This document shows positions 50,017 to 60,822 of a stretch of 64,000 nt of DNA, piece by piece. Within the stretch, counting starts at the first letter, position 1; each line of letters starts with the position of its first letter. The notes below the pieces were generated by a model that was not told the DNA's origin, made no database searches, and worked only from the letters and a program-made list of their open reading frames with translations. The DNA is taken from positions 18,097-82,096 of the forward strand of contig JAFEGA010000003.1 in NCBI GenBank assembly GCA_018240285.1. Reading direction: 5' to 3'. This DNA comes from Pseudomonadota bacterium. Its GTDB lineage: Bacteria > Pseudomonadota > Gammaproteobacteria > Burkholderiales > Nitrosomonadaceae. The position numbers and the translations under genes are program-made.

Positions 50017-51513
50017 GTGGAATTTGGAATAAAAATAGCGACACCAGAAAAACAACGCGGTGCTTGTGCAATCATCGGTATTTTTGAATCAAGAAAACTG
50101 GCGGATTCGGCCAAAGTTCTGGATAAAATCACGCACGGCTATATCAAAAATATCCTCGCATCAGGCGACATAGACGGCAAGGCAAATACTACCCTCCTTT
50201 TGCACAATGTACCGGACACACTGTTCAAGCGGGTGTTGCTGGTAGGATTGGGCAAAGAGCAGGAATTCAAGGAAAAATCATTCCTATCGGCACTCGGCGC
50301 AGCTTTGGGCGCATTGCAAAAAACCGCAGTTACCGATGCTGCACTGTTTTTATCCGATTTTCCCGTTGCGGAACGCACGACTGCGTGGAAGGTAAATCAA
50401 ACCATAATTACCGCAGCCGGCAGCATTTACCGCTTCGATCAGCTGAAAAGCAAGCCAGACAATAATCAAAGCAGTTTGCGCAAGCTGGTCATGTATATCG
50501 ATAATCGCGATGAACTGGCTGTTTGCGAAGAAGCCATGCAACACAGCATAGCGATCGTGCACGGCATGAATCTGGCCAAAGATTTAGGCAATCTTGCACC
50601 CAATATCTGCACGCCGACGTATCTTGCCAAACAGGCTAAAGACCTTGCCAAATCCCATAAGCTCAAAGCCACCGTATTGGAAGAAAAAGATATGGAAAAA
50701 CTCGGCATGGGATCGTTGTTATCCGTTGCACGCGGCAGCGAGCAACTGGCGAAATTGATCGCGTTGGAATATCACGGCGCAACCAAAAAAGACCAACCGG
50801 TGGTTCTGGTCGGCAAAGGCGTCACCTTCGATACCGGCGGTATCTCGCTCAAACCTGCTGCCGAAATGGATGAGATGAAATTCGACATGAGCGGTGCCGG
50901 TAGCGTATTAGGCACGCTGCTGGCGGTAGCCGAAATGAAATTGCCGCTCAACGTCGTCGGCATTATCCCGGCCACGGAAAATATGCCCAGCGGCAAAGCC
51001 ACAAAACCGGGCGATGTCGTCACCAGCTTGTCCGGGCAAACCATCGAAATTCTCAACACCGACGCGGAAGGCCGCCTGATTCTGTGCGATGCGCTCACGT
51101 ATGCCGAACGCTATAACCCGAAAGCGGTGATCGACATCGCCACATTGACCGGCGCTTGTGTCATCGCATTGGGAAATTTCACCACCGGTTTGATGAGCAA
51201 CGACGACAAGCTGGCGCAAGAGCTTCTGGCTGCCGGTGAATTCGCTGCCGATCGCGCCTGGCAGTTGCCGTTGTGGGATGAATATCAGGATTTGCTGAAA
51301 AGCAATTTTGCCGACATCGCCAATATCGGCGGACGAGCAGCCGGAACCATCACCGCTGCGTGCTTTTTATCGCGCTTTGCCAAGAAATACCGCTGGGCTC
51401 ACTTAGATATCGCAGGCACGGCATGGAAATCCGGCAAGGAAAAAGGTTCAACCGGCCGTCCGGTACCGCTTCTGACACAATTTCTGATTGCGCAAGCGAA
51501 AGCTGCAAGCTAA
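50017..51513 (+). CDS. pepA: Leucyl aminopeptidase
   Basis: GKGVTFDTGG, MKFDMSG and NTDAEGRL metal ligands; GTG 50017 with AAGGAG SD. Confidence 0.97.
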   Translation: MEFGIKIATPEKQRGACAIIGIFESRKLADSAKVLDKITHGYIKNILASGDIDGKANTTLLLHNVPDTLFKRVLLVGLGKEQEFKEKSFLSALGAALGALQKTAVTDAALFLSDFPVAERTTAWKVNQTIITAAGSIYRFDQLKSKPDNNQSSLRKLVMYIDNRDELAVCEEAMQHSIAIVHGMNLAKDLGNLAPNICTPTYLAKQAKDLAKSHKLKATVLEEKDMEKLGMGSLLSVARGSEQLAKLIALEYHGATKKDQPVVLVGKGVTFDTGGISLKPAAEMDEMKFDMSGAGSVLGTLLAVAEMKLPLNVVGIIPATENMPSGKATKPGDVVTSLSGQTIEILNTDAEGRLILCDALTYAERYNPKAVIDIATLTGACVIALGNFTTGLMSNDDKLAQELLAAGEFAADRAWQLPLWDEYQDLLKSNFADIANIGGRAAGTITAACFLSRFAKKYRWAHLDIAGTAWKSGKEKGSTGRPVPLLTQFLIAQAKAAS

Positions 51514-51637
51514 GTGGATTGTTAACTTGCTGATTAATTCATCACTCGGAATGACTGCCGCACTTTATAAACCGTTACCGTGAATTAATCAGCAGCAGAA
51601 ATGCACAGGTTGCAAACTTGGCTAGATAAATAATTCG

Positions 51638-52063
51638 ATGACGCAGATTTATTTTTATTCGGGATCGAACGACAAGCTACTAACAGCTTGCCGGCTTTGC
51701 GCCAAAGCTGTGCAACAAAATCTGAAAGTGCTGATTTATGCCCCTGATGCGGCTGTGCTGGAGCAACTGGATCAATTGCTGTGGACTTTTTCACCCGTCA
51801 GTTTTATCCCGCATTGCGACATTCGTGAAGACAATGAGCTGGTGAGCGCAACACCGGTCATTTTGAGCAATCGCATCCCGACCGATAAGCAGTTTGACGT
51901 GTTACTGAATCTGCACTTGCAACAACCACCCGACTTCGACCAATTCAGCCGCTTGATCGAGATTGCGGATACTTCGGTGAAAGGCAAGCAAGCGGCGCGT
52001 ACGCGCTACCGCTTTTACAAAGATGCTCATTATCCGATACACCATTTCAATCTGAATGATTAA
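51638..52063 (+). CDS. holC: DNA polymerase III chi subunit
   Basis: LDQLLWTF...FIPH, ARTRYRFY; pepA-holC-valS context. Confidence 0.92.
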   Translation: MTQIYFYSGSNDKLLTACRLCAKAVQQNLKVLIYAPDAAVLEQLDQLLWTFSPVSFIPHCDIREDNELVSATPVILSNRIPTDKQFDVLLNLHLQQPPDFDQFSRLIEIADTSVKGKQAARTRYRFYKDAHYPIHHFNLND

Positions 52064-52086
52064 ATAAAAAACCGGATAATTCTGTC

Positions 52087-52434
52087 ATGAGTGACGATAA
52101 AACAGCAGCAGAACCCGATGATGCTGAAGTATTAGACAAATTCCGCAATTTGCTGGGCAAATACCAGAATCAAGGCAAAATCGCCGGTACAGCACCAGCA
52201 AGCAAGACGTTTGAAGATGATAAGACCGCATCGCATGAAACCGGCTCGATACCGCTGCTGACGGAAACCGTGATCCTGCATCCCGCAGTGATACAACGCC
52301 AGCCAGCCCGTTTGACACCGATACGGCAGATTCTCGACGCTGCATTGGAAGAAGTGCAAATCGAAATGGATGCGCAAAGCCGCAAGGCGTTAGCACGTGC
52401 ACTGGAAATCCGCCTGGTAAAACTAGGCAAATAG
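52087..52434 (+). CDS. Hypothetical protein
   Basis: IPLLTETV motif typical of the small gene between holC and valS; co-oriented. Confidence 0.65.
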   Translation: MSDDKTAAEPDDAEVLDKFRNLLGKYQNQGKIAGTAPASKTFEDDKTASHETGSIPLLTETVILHPAVIQRQPARLTPIRQILDAALEEVQIEMDAQSRKALARALEIRLVKLGK

Positions 52435-52527
52435 CCGCACCGCATACATAATTTTCTTGTTATCCGCAGCCATAGCCCATCCGCTATAATGGCGGTCTTT
52501 TGCGCCATTCAATACAACGAAAAATCC

Positions 52528-55299
52528 ATGGAACTCGAGAAAAGCTTTGACCCTAAACGCATTGAAGATCGCTGGTATTCCATCTGGGAATCGGCTGGGT
52601 ATTTCAAACCGGACGCGGCGGCCGATCATACCGGTCAATCCGCTTATTGCATCATGCTGCCGCCGCCCAATGTCACCGGCACGCTGCACATGGGGCATGC
52701 GTTTCAACATACTTTGATGGATGCACTGACGCGCTATCACCGCATGCTGGGCGACAACACCCTGTGGCAGCCGGGCACCGATCATGCTGGTATCGCCACG
52801 CAAATCGTGGTTGAACGTCAGCTTGATCAACAAAAGCTCGACCGCCGTGCAATGGGACGGGAAGCGTTTTTAGAACGAGTGTGGCAATGGAAAGAAGAAT
52901 CCGGCTCCACCATCACGCGGCAAATGCGGCACCTGGGTACTTCGTGCGATTGGACGCGCGAGCGCTTTACCATGGATGCTGAATTATCGCGCGCCGTGAC
53001 CGAAGTGTTTGTGCGCTTGTACCGCGAAGGACTCATATACCGCGGCAAACGGCTGGTCAATTGGGATCCAGTATTGCAAACCGCGGTTTCCGACTTGGAA
53101 GTGGTTTCAACCGAGGAGAACGGTTCGCTGTGGCATATCCGCTATCCATTGGAGCAAGCCGATGGCATGCATACTGAACCGAACGAAGCCTTGATCGTCG
53201 CCACCACCCGGCCGGAAACCATGCTCGGAGACGTCGCCGTGGCTGTGCATCCCGACGATCCGCGCTATCAACATTTGATCGGGCGCCATGTACGTTTGCC
53301 GCTGTGCGAACGGACCATTCCGATCATCGCGGATACCTACGTCGATAAAGAATTCGGCACGGGCTGCGTCAAAATCACCCCGGCGCATGATTTCAACGAT
53401 TATCAAGTCGGCCAGCGGCATCACCTGGTGCCGATCAATATCCTCACGCTGGATGGCAAAATCAGCGATCTGGCGCCGCTTGACTATCAAGGCATGGATC
53501 GTTTCGACGCGCGCAAGAAAATCGTTGCCGACCTGGAAGCGCAGGGCTATCTGGTCGAAGTTAAACCGCACAAACTGATGGCGCCGCGCGGCGACCGCAC
53601 CAACACCATCATCGAACCGATGCTGACCGATCAATGGTATGTCGCCATGGAAGATCTGGCTAAACGTGGACTGGATGTAGTCGCACAAGGCGAAGTCAAA
53701 TTCACACCGGACAACTGGACGCATGTGTACAACCAGTGGCTGGAAAATATCCAGGATTGGTGCATTTCGCGGCAATTATGGTGGGGTCACCGTATCCCGG
53801 CGTGGTACGACGAAGACGGCAATGTCACCGTGGCGCATAGCCTGGAAGAAGCTCAGCAATTGTCCGGTAAAAGCAATTTACGCCAGGATGACGATGTGCT
53901 GGATACTTGGTTTTCATCGGCGCTATGGCCGTTTTCCACGCTCGGCTGGCCGGATGAAACGCCGGAATTGCGCACTTTCCTGCCGACTTCGGTGCTGATT
54001 ACCGGGTTTGACATCATTTTCTTCTGGGTTGCTCGTATGGTTATGATGTCGTTGCATTTCACCGGCAAGGTGCCATTCCGTGAAGTTTACATCACCGGTT
54101 TGATCCGCGACGCCGAGGGTCAGAAAATGAGTAAGTCCAAAGGCAATGTGCTCGATCCGCTTGATCTGATCGACGGCATCGCGCTGCCCGATTTGATTGC
54201 GAAGCGCACCACCGGATTGATGAATCCGAAACAGGCTGAATCCATCGAGAAAAATACCCGCAAACATTTCCCCGATGGTATTCCGGCGTTCGGCACCGAT
54301 GCCCTGCGCTTCACGTTCGCCAGTCTGGCGTCGCACGGCCGCGATATTAAATTCGACATGCAACGCTGTGAAGGCTACCGCAATTTCTGTAACAAGCTGT
54401 GGAATGCGACACGCTACGTGCTGATGAATTGCGACGGGAAAGATACCGGCTTGGATGAATCTTTACCCCTCGCCTACTCCGCTGCGGATCGATGGATCAT
54501 CGGCCGGTTGCAGCAAGCGAAGCAAGCGGTTGCGCAGGCGTTTGCCAATTACCGCTTCGATCTGGTTGCACGCGAAATTTATGAGCTGGTGTGGGATGAA
54601 TACTGTGATTGGTACGTCGAACTTGCCAAAATACAATTAAACTCGGATCAAGCAGCAGCGCAGCGAGCAACCCGCCGCACCTTGGTGCGTGTATTGGAAG
54701 TTATGCTGCGGCTGGCACACCCCGTCATTCCGTTCATTACTGAAGAATTATGGCAAACGGTTGCACCGCTGGCGGGTAAATCCGGCGACAGCATCATGTG
54801 TCAGCGCTACCCGATCGCTGATTCGCAAAAAATCGATCAGCACGCAGTGGACAATATCTTGTTGTTGAAAGAGCTGGTCAATGCCTGCCGCACTTTGCGC
54901 GGCGAAATGAGCCTGTCGCCTGCAGTGAAAGTACCGCTGCTTGCAAGCGGAGATGTGCAGACACTGGAGAAATACCGGCCGTATCTGCTGGCGCTGGCAA
55001 AATTATCCAGCATGGAAATCCTGCCGGAAGGATTGCCCGACGCCGATGCACCAGTGTCGATCGTCAGAGATTTCAAGTTGATGCTTAAAATCGAGATCGA
55101 TGCAGCTGCCGAACGGGAGCGCTTGACCAAGGAAATTACCCGCATCGAAGCGGAAATCGCCAAGGCACAAATGAAATTATCCAACCCGAGCTTTGTCGAA
55201 CGCGCACCGGCCAATGTCGTCGAGCAAGAAAAAGATCGCCTGGCGGCTTTTAATACCAAGTTAGGCAGCTTGAACGAACAATTGAGAAAATTGAATTAA
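52528..55299 (+). CDS. valS: Valine--tRNA ligase
   Basis: [17 protein letters not shown]-terminal coiled coil; start ATG 52528. Confidence 0.99.
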   Translation: MELEKSFDPKRIEDRWYSIWESAGYFKPDAAADHTGQSAYCIMLPPPNVTGTLHMGHAFQHTLMDALTRYHRMLGDNTLWQPGTDHAGIATQIVVERQLDQQKLDRRAMGREAFLERVWQWKEESGSTITRQMRHLGTSCDWTRERFTMDAELSRAVTEVFVRLYREGLIYRGKRLVNWDPVLQTAVSDLEVVSTEENGSLWHIRYPLEQADGMHTEPNEALIVATTRPETMLGDVAVAVHPDDPRYQHLIGRHVRLPLCERTIPIIADTYVDKEFGTGCVKITPAHDFNDYQVGQRHHLVPINILTLDGKISDLAPLDYQGMDRFDARKKIVADLEAQGYLVEVKPHKLMAPRGDRTNTIIEPMLTDQWYVAMEDLAKRGLDVVAQGEVKFTPDNWTHVYNQWLENIQDWCISRQLWWGHRIPAWYDEDGNVTVAHSLEEAQQLSGKSNLRQDDDVLDTWFSSALWPFSTLGWPDETPELRTFLPTSVLITGFDIIFFWVARMVMMSLHFTGKVPFREVYITGLIRDAEGQKMSKSKGNVLDPLDLIDGIALPDLIAKRTTGLMNPKQAESIEKNTRKHFPDGIPAFGTDALRFTFASLASHGRDIKFDMQRCEGYRNFCNKLWNATRYVLMNCDGKDTGLDESLPLAYSAADRWIIGRLQQAKQAVAQAFANYRFDLVAREIYELVWDEYCDWYVELAKIQLNSDQAAAQRATRRTLVRVLEVMLRLAHPVIPFITEELWQTVAPLAGKSGDSIMCQRYPIADSQKIDQHAVDNILLLKELVNACRTLRGEMSLSPAVKVPLLASGDVQTLEKYRPYLLALAKLSSMEILPEGLPDADAPVSIVRDFKLMLKIEIDAAAERERLTKEITRIEAEIAKAQMKLSNPSFVERAPANVVEQEKDRLAAFNTKLGSLNEQLRKLN

Positions 55300-55419
55300 G
55301 CGAGAAAGAGTTTATGAAAAAACACGAGAAACAATACTCTCATTCGCTGACCTCGCCCCTTGGAGTCTGGTTCTTCATTGAGTTCTAAATTTGAATCTCA
55401 TTAATCAATACCACAAAAA

Positions 55420-55441
55420 AACGGGAGCATCTGCTCCCGTT
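55420..55441 (-). terminator. Intrinsic terminator after the PEP-CTERM gene
   Basis: AACGGGAGC-ATCT-GCTCCCGTT stem followed by a T tract on the minus strand. Confidence 0.85.
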
Positions 55442-55470
55442 CTACATTCAGAATTACATCAAAGTTTAAA

Positions 55471-56046
55471 TTAGATCGCTGATTCTTTTCTGCGGCGCGC
55501 CACAAAACCAAGTAAACCAAGACCAGCTAATAGCATGGCATAGGTTTCAGGTTCTGGAACGGGAGCAAAAACAAAGTGATCATATGCAAAACCAGCGCCC
55601 GTGGAAGAATCATCCATGTACAGACTGGTTACGTGTGAAAATGCGCTTAGATCGACAAGACCGTCTGAAGATAATCCGACTGTGCCAAGTAATGTCGCTC
55701 CGTCGTAAATATTAACATCAACGTGGTCACCTAAATTATACCCGGATGCAACAAAACTCAAGTTATTAACTGCAGAAGAGAAATCAACCTTCAAGTCTGC
55801 TTCACAGTTGAAACTACCCGTTAGTGCACAGATTTCATGGTTGATTCCTGATGCGCCTACGTAAAGATCACTGCCAAAAGAAGTAATAGTCGCATTGGGT
55901 AACACTAATACAGTAGTACCTTGAGGACCGATCGGAAGTCCGCTGAAATCAAGCGTATCTGCCGATACACTAGTTGAAGCCAGTATTAAACTTGCTGAAG
56001 CAATGGTTACAAGCTTATTTGCAGTACTGCGAGCTATCTTATTCAT
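55471..56046 (-). CDS. PEP-CTERM sorting-domain protein
   Basis: Signal peptide; C-terminal VPEPETYAMLLAGLGLLGFVARRRK; GGAGG SD. Confidence 0.95.
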   Translation of the reverse strand: MNKIARSTANKLVTIASASLILASTSVSADTLDFSGLPIGPQGTTVLVLPNATITSFGSDLYVGASGINHEICALTGSFNCEADLKVDFSSAVNNLSFVASGYNLGDHVDVNIYDGATLLGTVGLSSDGLVDLSAFSHVTSLYMDDSSTGAGFAYDHFVFAPVPEPETYAMLLAGLGLLGFVARRRKESAI

Positions 56047-56197
56047 TTTTAAACCTCCCTAATTAATATTTTTAATTGAATCAATTTGATTAGAAAGCTA
56101 TAGAGCAATTTAATCTCGCTAAAATATAATTAATTAATTCTCAACAATAAATAGTATGTGTGTATCTTTTTTCTAGTACATATGTACTATTAATTCC

Positions 56198-56653
56198 TTA
56201 CTGATTGGACCAGTGCCTAAGCTTACCATCCTTATCAAAATACAGATAGGTTCCAGTTCCAATCTCGATGAAATCAGACCCGACAATCAGAGAATCGGCG
56301 CCGGGAAAGTGGTATTCCCAAGTATCTCCACCCGGATTTTACGGGTTCCATAGCACTCCATAACACCATTTGCACGGCAAACCCCACGAAGCGATGACTT
56401 GCTCTTTTGTCATACCCGCTGCGAGTTCTTTTAGAATCAATTGCTCTGCGTATCTCCTTCGGTAAACCGGCATCTGATAAAACCTCGTGTCTGATTCGGT
56501 TTTCCTTGACAATACTTCAAGGATCAGCTCAGCGGAGAAAACCCCTCTCTTCATTCTCGATTCGCTTAATCGAAGAGGAGTTGCAAAAATTAGTTTTAGG
56601 AATGTTAGGGCAAACTTGGAGTCGACGCCAATTGTAGAACTTTGCGCTAACAC
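56198..56653 (-). pseudogene. Disrupted small exported protein (GMTKEQV..SWG.P, SmpA/BamE-like motif)
   Basis: …GLPKEIRRAIDSK(frameshift)ELAAGMTKEQVIASWGLPCKWC…NP*NPGGDTWEY…YLYFDKDGKLRHWSNQ*; one frameshift and one in-frame TAA. Confidence 0.6.
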
Positions 56654-56805
56654 AGATAGACAAGTCGGTCCTTTATCGGTTTTTTTATTGCTTACTCATC
56701 TATCAAGTAACTACTTTATGATACTCACACAGTACCGTTGTAGCTAACAAGCAGAGAAAAATACTTTATGATATTAGATATAACCACTTAATTACTCGAT
56801 GTATT

Positions 56806-56881
<76 letters not shown>

Positions 56882-56950
56882 ATTTGGAAAGCAACAGTAA
56901 ACGAGACAATCTGTTTACTGGCAGTTGTAATAGATATTCGATGAAATGAA

Positions 56951-57027
56951 TGGCGCGCCCGGCAGGATTCGAACCCACGACCCCTTGGTTCGTAGCCAAG
57001 TACTCTATCCAACTGAGCTACGGGCGC
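56951..57027 (-). tRNA. tRNA-Arg(ACG)
   Basis: 77 nt, GCGCCCG/CGGGCGC acceptor stem, loop CTACGAA, encoded CCA. Confidence 0.97.
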
Positions 57028-57071
57028 TTGGTGCAATCTAATTACTTCCAGCTTGTTTAAGCAACCGGGAG

Positions 57072-57080
57072 ATTATATCA
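57072..57080 (-). promoter_or_regulatory. Extended -10 promoter for tRNA-Arg/tRNA-Phe
   Basis: TGaTATAAT on the minus strand, 45 bp upstream of tRNA-Arg. Confidence 0.55.
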
Positions 57081-57258
57081 GATTGAAGCAATTGCGGGAT
57101 TCGAACTTACGTTTTTGCTTATATTCGATGCCTTCAACTGTAACCGAATAAGTCGATTCGTTTCTATACAAATCATCACAATCTCTTTTGCGGGGGCGAT
57201 GATCGTGTATTTGGCCGGTCTTGTCAAGACTAAACTGCATTTGTGCACAGTTCACCGT

Positions 57259-58428
57259 TTACATATCTTCTTCCGGTTCCGGATCTTCTTTCAAAGGCGC
57301 TTGTGCTGATTGCATGAAGGACGCTGAACTATCCACGCTGCCGGGAATTTTCGGTGTTTTACAATGCACATCCGCATTTTGCGCGCGATGCCGCAGGGCA
57401 TGATCGATCAATACCAGCGCCAGCATGGCCTCGACAATTGGCGTGGCGCGGATGCCAACGCATGGATCGTGGCGGCCATGGGTTTCAACGATCGCTGGAT
57501 TGCCGTCTTTATCGATCGAGCGCCGCCCGAGGCGGATACTGGAAGTCGGTTTGATCGCGACATGCACGACGATATCCTGTCCGGTGGATATGCCACCTAA
57601 GATGCCGCCCGCATTGTTGCTCAAGAAACCATCCGGCGTCATTTCGTCGGAATGTTCCGTGCCTTTCTGTGTCACGCTGGCGAATCCGGCGCCGATTTCA
57701 ACGCCTTTTACCGCATTGATATTCATCATGGCGTAAGCGATTTCGGCATCGAGCCGGTCATAAACCGGTTCGCCCCACCCCACCGGCACGCCTTGTGCAA
57801 CTGCGCTGATTTTGGCGCCGACAGAGTCGCCGGATTTGCGCAACTGATCCATGAATTTTTCCAGTTGCTCGGTATAGCTGTTATCAGCGACGAAAAACGG
57901 ATTCTGATCGATGTCTTCCCAGCGTTTGAACGGAATGAGTATTGGGCCGAGTTGCGCCATATAACCGCGAATCACGATGCCGTATTTTTCCTGTAGCCAT
58001 TTCTTCGCAATGGCGCCAGCCGCAACACGAACCGCCGTTTCCCGCGCCGATGCGCGCCCGCCGCCGCGGTAATCGCGGATGCCATATTTTTGCCAATAGG
58101 TATAGTCGGCATGCCCGGGGCGGAACACGTCCATGATTTTGCTGTAATCCTTGCTGCGCTGATCTTCGTTGCGGATCAGCAAAGCGATTGGTGTGCCGGT
58201 GGTACGGCCTTCAAACACACCCGAGAGAATTTCCACGGTATCGGATTCGCGCCGTTGCGTGACATGGCGCGACGTTCCCGGTTTACGCCGGTCCAATTCT
58301 AGTTGAATCTCTTCGGTGCTGATCGCCAAACCCGGCGGGCAGCCATCGACGATGCAGCCGATCGCTGGGCCGTGCGACTCACCGAATGAAGTGACGGTAA
58401 AAAGTGTGCCAAGTGTATTGCCAGACAT
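57259..58428 (-). CDS. aroC: Chorismate synthase
   Basis: [35 protein letters not shown]. Confidence 0.98.
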   Translation of the reverse strand: MSGNTLGTLFTVTSFGESHGPAIGCIVDGCPPGLAISTEEIQLELDRRKPGTSRHVTQRRESDTVEILSGVFEGRTTGTPIALLIRNEDQRSKDYSKIMDVFRPGHADYTYWQKYGIRDYRGGGRASARETAVRVAAGAIAKKWLQEKYGIVIRGYMAQLGPILIPFKRWEDIDQNPFFVADNSYTEQLEKFMDQLRKSGDSVGAKISAVAQGVPVGWGEPVYDRLDAEIAYAMMNINAVKGVEIGAGFASVTQKGTEHSDEMTPDGFLSNNAGGILGGISTGQDIVVHVAIKPTSSIRLGRRSIDKDGNPAIVETHGRHDPCVGIRATPIVEAMLALVLIDHALRHRAQNADVHCKTPKIPGSVDSSASFMQSAQAPLKEDPEPEEDM

Positions 58429-58650
58429 ATGTTGCTATTTGGGTATTAAAAAGATTGTGCGAGTCTATCATACGCGCCCTGGTTTTTTGGCAATTTACCG
58501 CTCCTCTTGCGCTGGCGGCAATCCAATGTAAATTTGAGGCGCGTCAACAATGAAATGCAGTCGGCATGCTATACCTGCGTTAAAATGCGGTTTATTACTC
58601 GGCATACGCGCGTTTTAAATCATTCTCATAAAATTGGAACAGGAGTTTGC

Positions 58651-59547
58651 ATGAACACACCTCAAGTCAAGGAATTTCTTATCAGTTTGCAGGACAGCAT
58701 CGTCAAGGGATTGGAACAGGTCGATGGCAAAACATTCAAGCGCGATCAATGGGACCGCCCGGAAGGCGGCGGCGGTATGAGCAGCGTTATTGAAGAGGGC
58801 AATATATTGGAGCGCGGCGGTGTCAATTTTTCGCATGTGTACGGCGCAGGATTACCGGTATCGGCAACCGCCGCCCGTCCCGAATTGGCAGGCCGGTCGT
58901 TTGAAGCGATGGGAGTGTCGTTGGTGCTTCATCCGCGCAATCCGTATGCGCCAACGGTGCATATGAATGTGCGTTTCTTCGAGGCGCGCAAAGAGGGCGC
59001 GGATCCTGTCTGGTGGTTCGGCGGCGGCATGGATTTGACGCCATATTACGGCTACTCGGAAGACGCAATTCATTTTCATCAAACCTGCAAGGATGCGTTA
59101 CAGCCGTTTGGTGCAGATACTTATCCGCGCTTGAAGAAATGGTGCGATGACTATTTCTACTTAAAGCACCGCAAAGAACCACGCGGTATCGGTGGTGTAT
59201 TCTTCGATGATTTGAATCAACCCGATTTCGACACCTGCTTCAAACTCACACGCAATGTTGGTGAGAACTTTCTCAACGCCTACCGCCCGATCCTGGAACG
59301 CCGCAAGGATACGCCGTACAGTGAACGCGAACGCGATTTTCAGGCTTACCGGCGCGGGCGTTACGTGGAATTCAATTTGGTATGGGATCGCGGCACGTTG
59401 TTCGGATTGCAAACAGGCGGACGCACCGAATCGATTCTGATGTCGTTGCCGCCCATCGTGAAATGGCGCTACGACTGGAAACCGGCGGCTGGCACGGCAG
59501 AAGACAAACTGTACACGGATTTTCTGATCGGCAAGGATTGGGTGTAA
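58651..59547 (+). CDS. hemF: Oxygen-dependent coproporphyrinogen-III oxidase
   Basis: [42 protein letters not shown]; ATG 58651 with AGGAG SD. Confidence 0.97.
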   Translation: MNTPQVKEFLISLQDSIVKGLEQVDGKTFKRDQWDRPEGGGGMSSVIEEGNILERGGVNFSHVYGAGLPVSATAARPELAGRSFEAMGVSLVLHPRNPYAPTVHMNVRFFEARKEGADPVWWFGGGMDLTPYYGYSEDAIHFHQTCKDALQPFGADTYPRLKKWCDDYFYLKHRKEPRGIGGVFFDDLNQPDFDTCFKLTRNVGENFLNAYRPILERRKDTPYSERERDFQAYRRGRYVEFNLVWDRGTLFGLQTGGRTESILMSLPPIVKWRYDWKPAAGTAEDKLYTDFLIGKDWV

Positions 59548-59554
59548 TTGGTCG

Positions 59555-60790
59555 GTGAGTCAATTGTCGCTGAATAACCAAATTCTGCTGGGAGCAATTA
59601 CCGGCGCACTGTTCGGATTGTGGTTCGCACAACTGGGGCAGGATTCCACAATTAATCAGAACGGTTTGTACGCCGCGAAACTGGCCGGTACATTGTTCAC
59701 CGACTTGTTAAAAATGGTGCTGATACCGCTGGTCTTCACATCGATCGTCGTCGGTGTCGCGAATCTGCGAGCGCATCAGCAAATGAACCGCGTCTGGCAA
59801 GTCACGCTGATTTTCTTCATGTCCACGATGGCGCTGGCGGTTGCTCTGGGATTGGCGGCTGCCAATCTATTCCAACCTGGGCGCGAATTGCCGGTCGCGA
59901 TGTTCCAGGATGCTATGCAGAATTTCCAGGCAACGCAGATGTCATTGCCGGAATTCTTTGCGCATTTTCTGCATTCGCTGTTTCAGAATCCAGTTGCGGC
60001 GCTGGCGCAAGGAAACGTGCTCGCAGTGGTAATTTTTGCTTTGTTGCTCGGCATTGCGCTGGTTGTAGGTGGCGAACGCTACCGCAATATTCTGACTTTG
60101 ATGCAGGAATTTTTGGAATTGATTTTGATGCTGGTCGGCTGGATCATGCGCCTGGCTCCGCTCGGTATCATGGCACTGGTATTGCAGCTGGTGGCGACAC
60201 AGGATACCGGCTTGCTGACCGTCATGATCAAGTTCGTGGTGGTGGTATTAGGCACTACGCTGTTGCATGGTGTGGTCGTGCTGCCCTTGATCCTGTATCT
60301 GATGACCGGTGTCACGCCGTATAAATTCTGGCAGGGTGCGCGCGAAGCGCTGATCACCGCCATGGCTACCAGCTCGAGCGCGGCGACACTACCTGTCACG
60401 CTACGCTGCGCTGAGCAACATTTGCATGTCAAACGCGATGTCGCGGGATTTGTCATTCCTTTGGGCGCGACCGTGAACATGGATGGCACGGCGCTTTATG
60501 AAGCGGTAGCCGCTTTGTTTGTCGCCAATCTGGTCGGCGTCGAACTTACTGTAATGCAGCAAATGATCGTCTTTGTCACCGCGATGCTTGCTGCTATGGG
60601 CGCACCGGGTATTCCCAGCGCCGGCATGGTCACGATGGTGATGGTGTTGCAATCGGTCGGCCTACCGGCTGAAGCCATTGCTGTTTTACTGCCGATCGAC
60701 CGCATTCTCGACACGGTTCGCACGATGGTGAATGTGGAAGGTGATCTTGTGGGAAGCTTGGTGGTGCAGCACTGGATCAAGCGCAGCTAA
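59555..60790 (+). CDS. Dicarboxylate/amino acid:cation symporter (DAACS)
   Basis: TSSSAATLP, PLGATVNMDGTALY, DTVRTMVNV.GD. Confidence 0.93.
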   Translation: MSQLSLNNQILLGAITGALFGLWFAQLGQDSTINQNGLYAAKLAGTLFTDLLKMVLIPLVFTSIVVGVANLRAHQQMNRVWQVTLIFFMSTMALAVALGLAAANLFQPGRELPVAMFQDAMQNFQATQMSLPEFFAHFLHSLFQNPVAALAQGNVLAVVIFALLLGIALVVGGERYRNILTLMQEFLELILMLVGWIMRLAPLGIMALVLQLVATQDTGLLTVMIKFVVVVLGTTLLHGVVVLPLILYLMTGVTPYKFWQGAREALITAMATSSSAATLPVTLRCAEQHLHVKRDVAGFVIPLGATVNMDGTALYEAVAALFVANLVGVELTVMQQMIVFVTAMLAAMGAPGIPSAGMVTMVMVLQSVGLPAEAIAVLLPIDRILDTVRTMVNVEGDLVGSLVVQHWIKRS

Positions 60791-60822
60791 TTCAAGGCGT
60801 ACGTTTAATTCGGTCTTTATAA

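Noticed and set aside
56047-56160. Sigma-54 promoter for the PEP-CTERM gene
   Set aside because: No GG-N10-GC with TGGCAC/TTGC at the correct spacing.
57094-57106. T-arm-like GCGGGATTCGAAC matching the tRNA-Ser att core
   Set aside because: Only 13 bp, no flanking cloverleaf, 35 kb from the island, and the motif is common to many tRNAs.
57259-57340. Acidic C-terminal extension on AroC
   Set aside because: Short low-complexity tails vary among chorismate synthases; there is no evidence of a distinct function.
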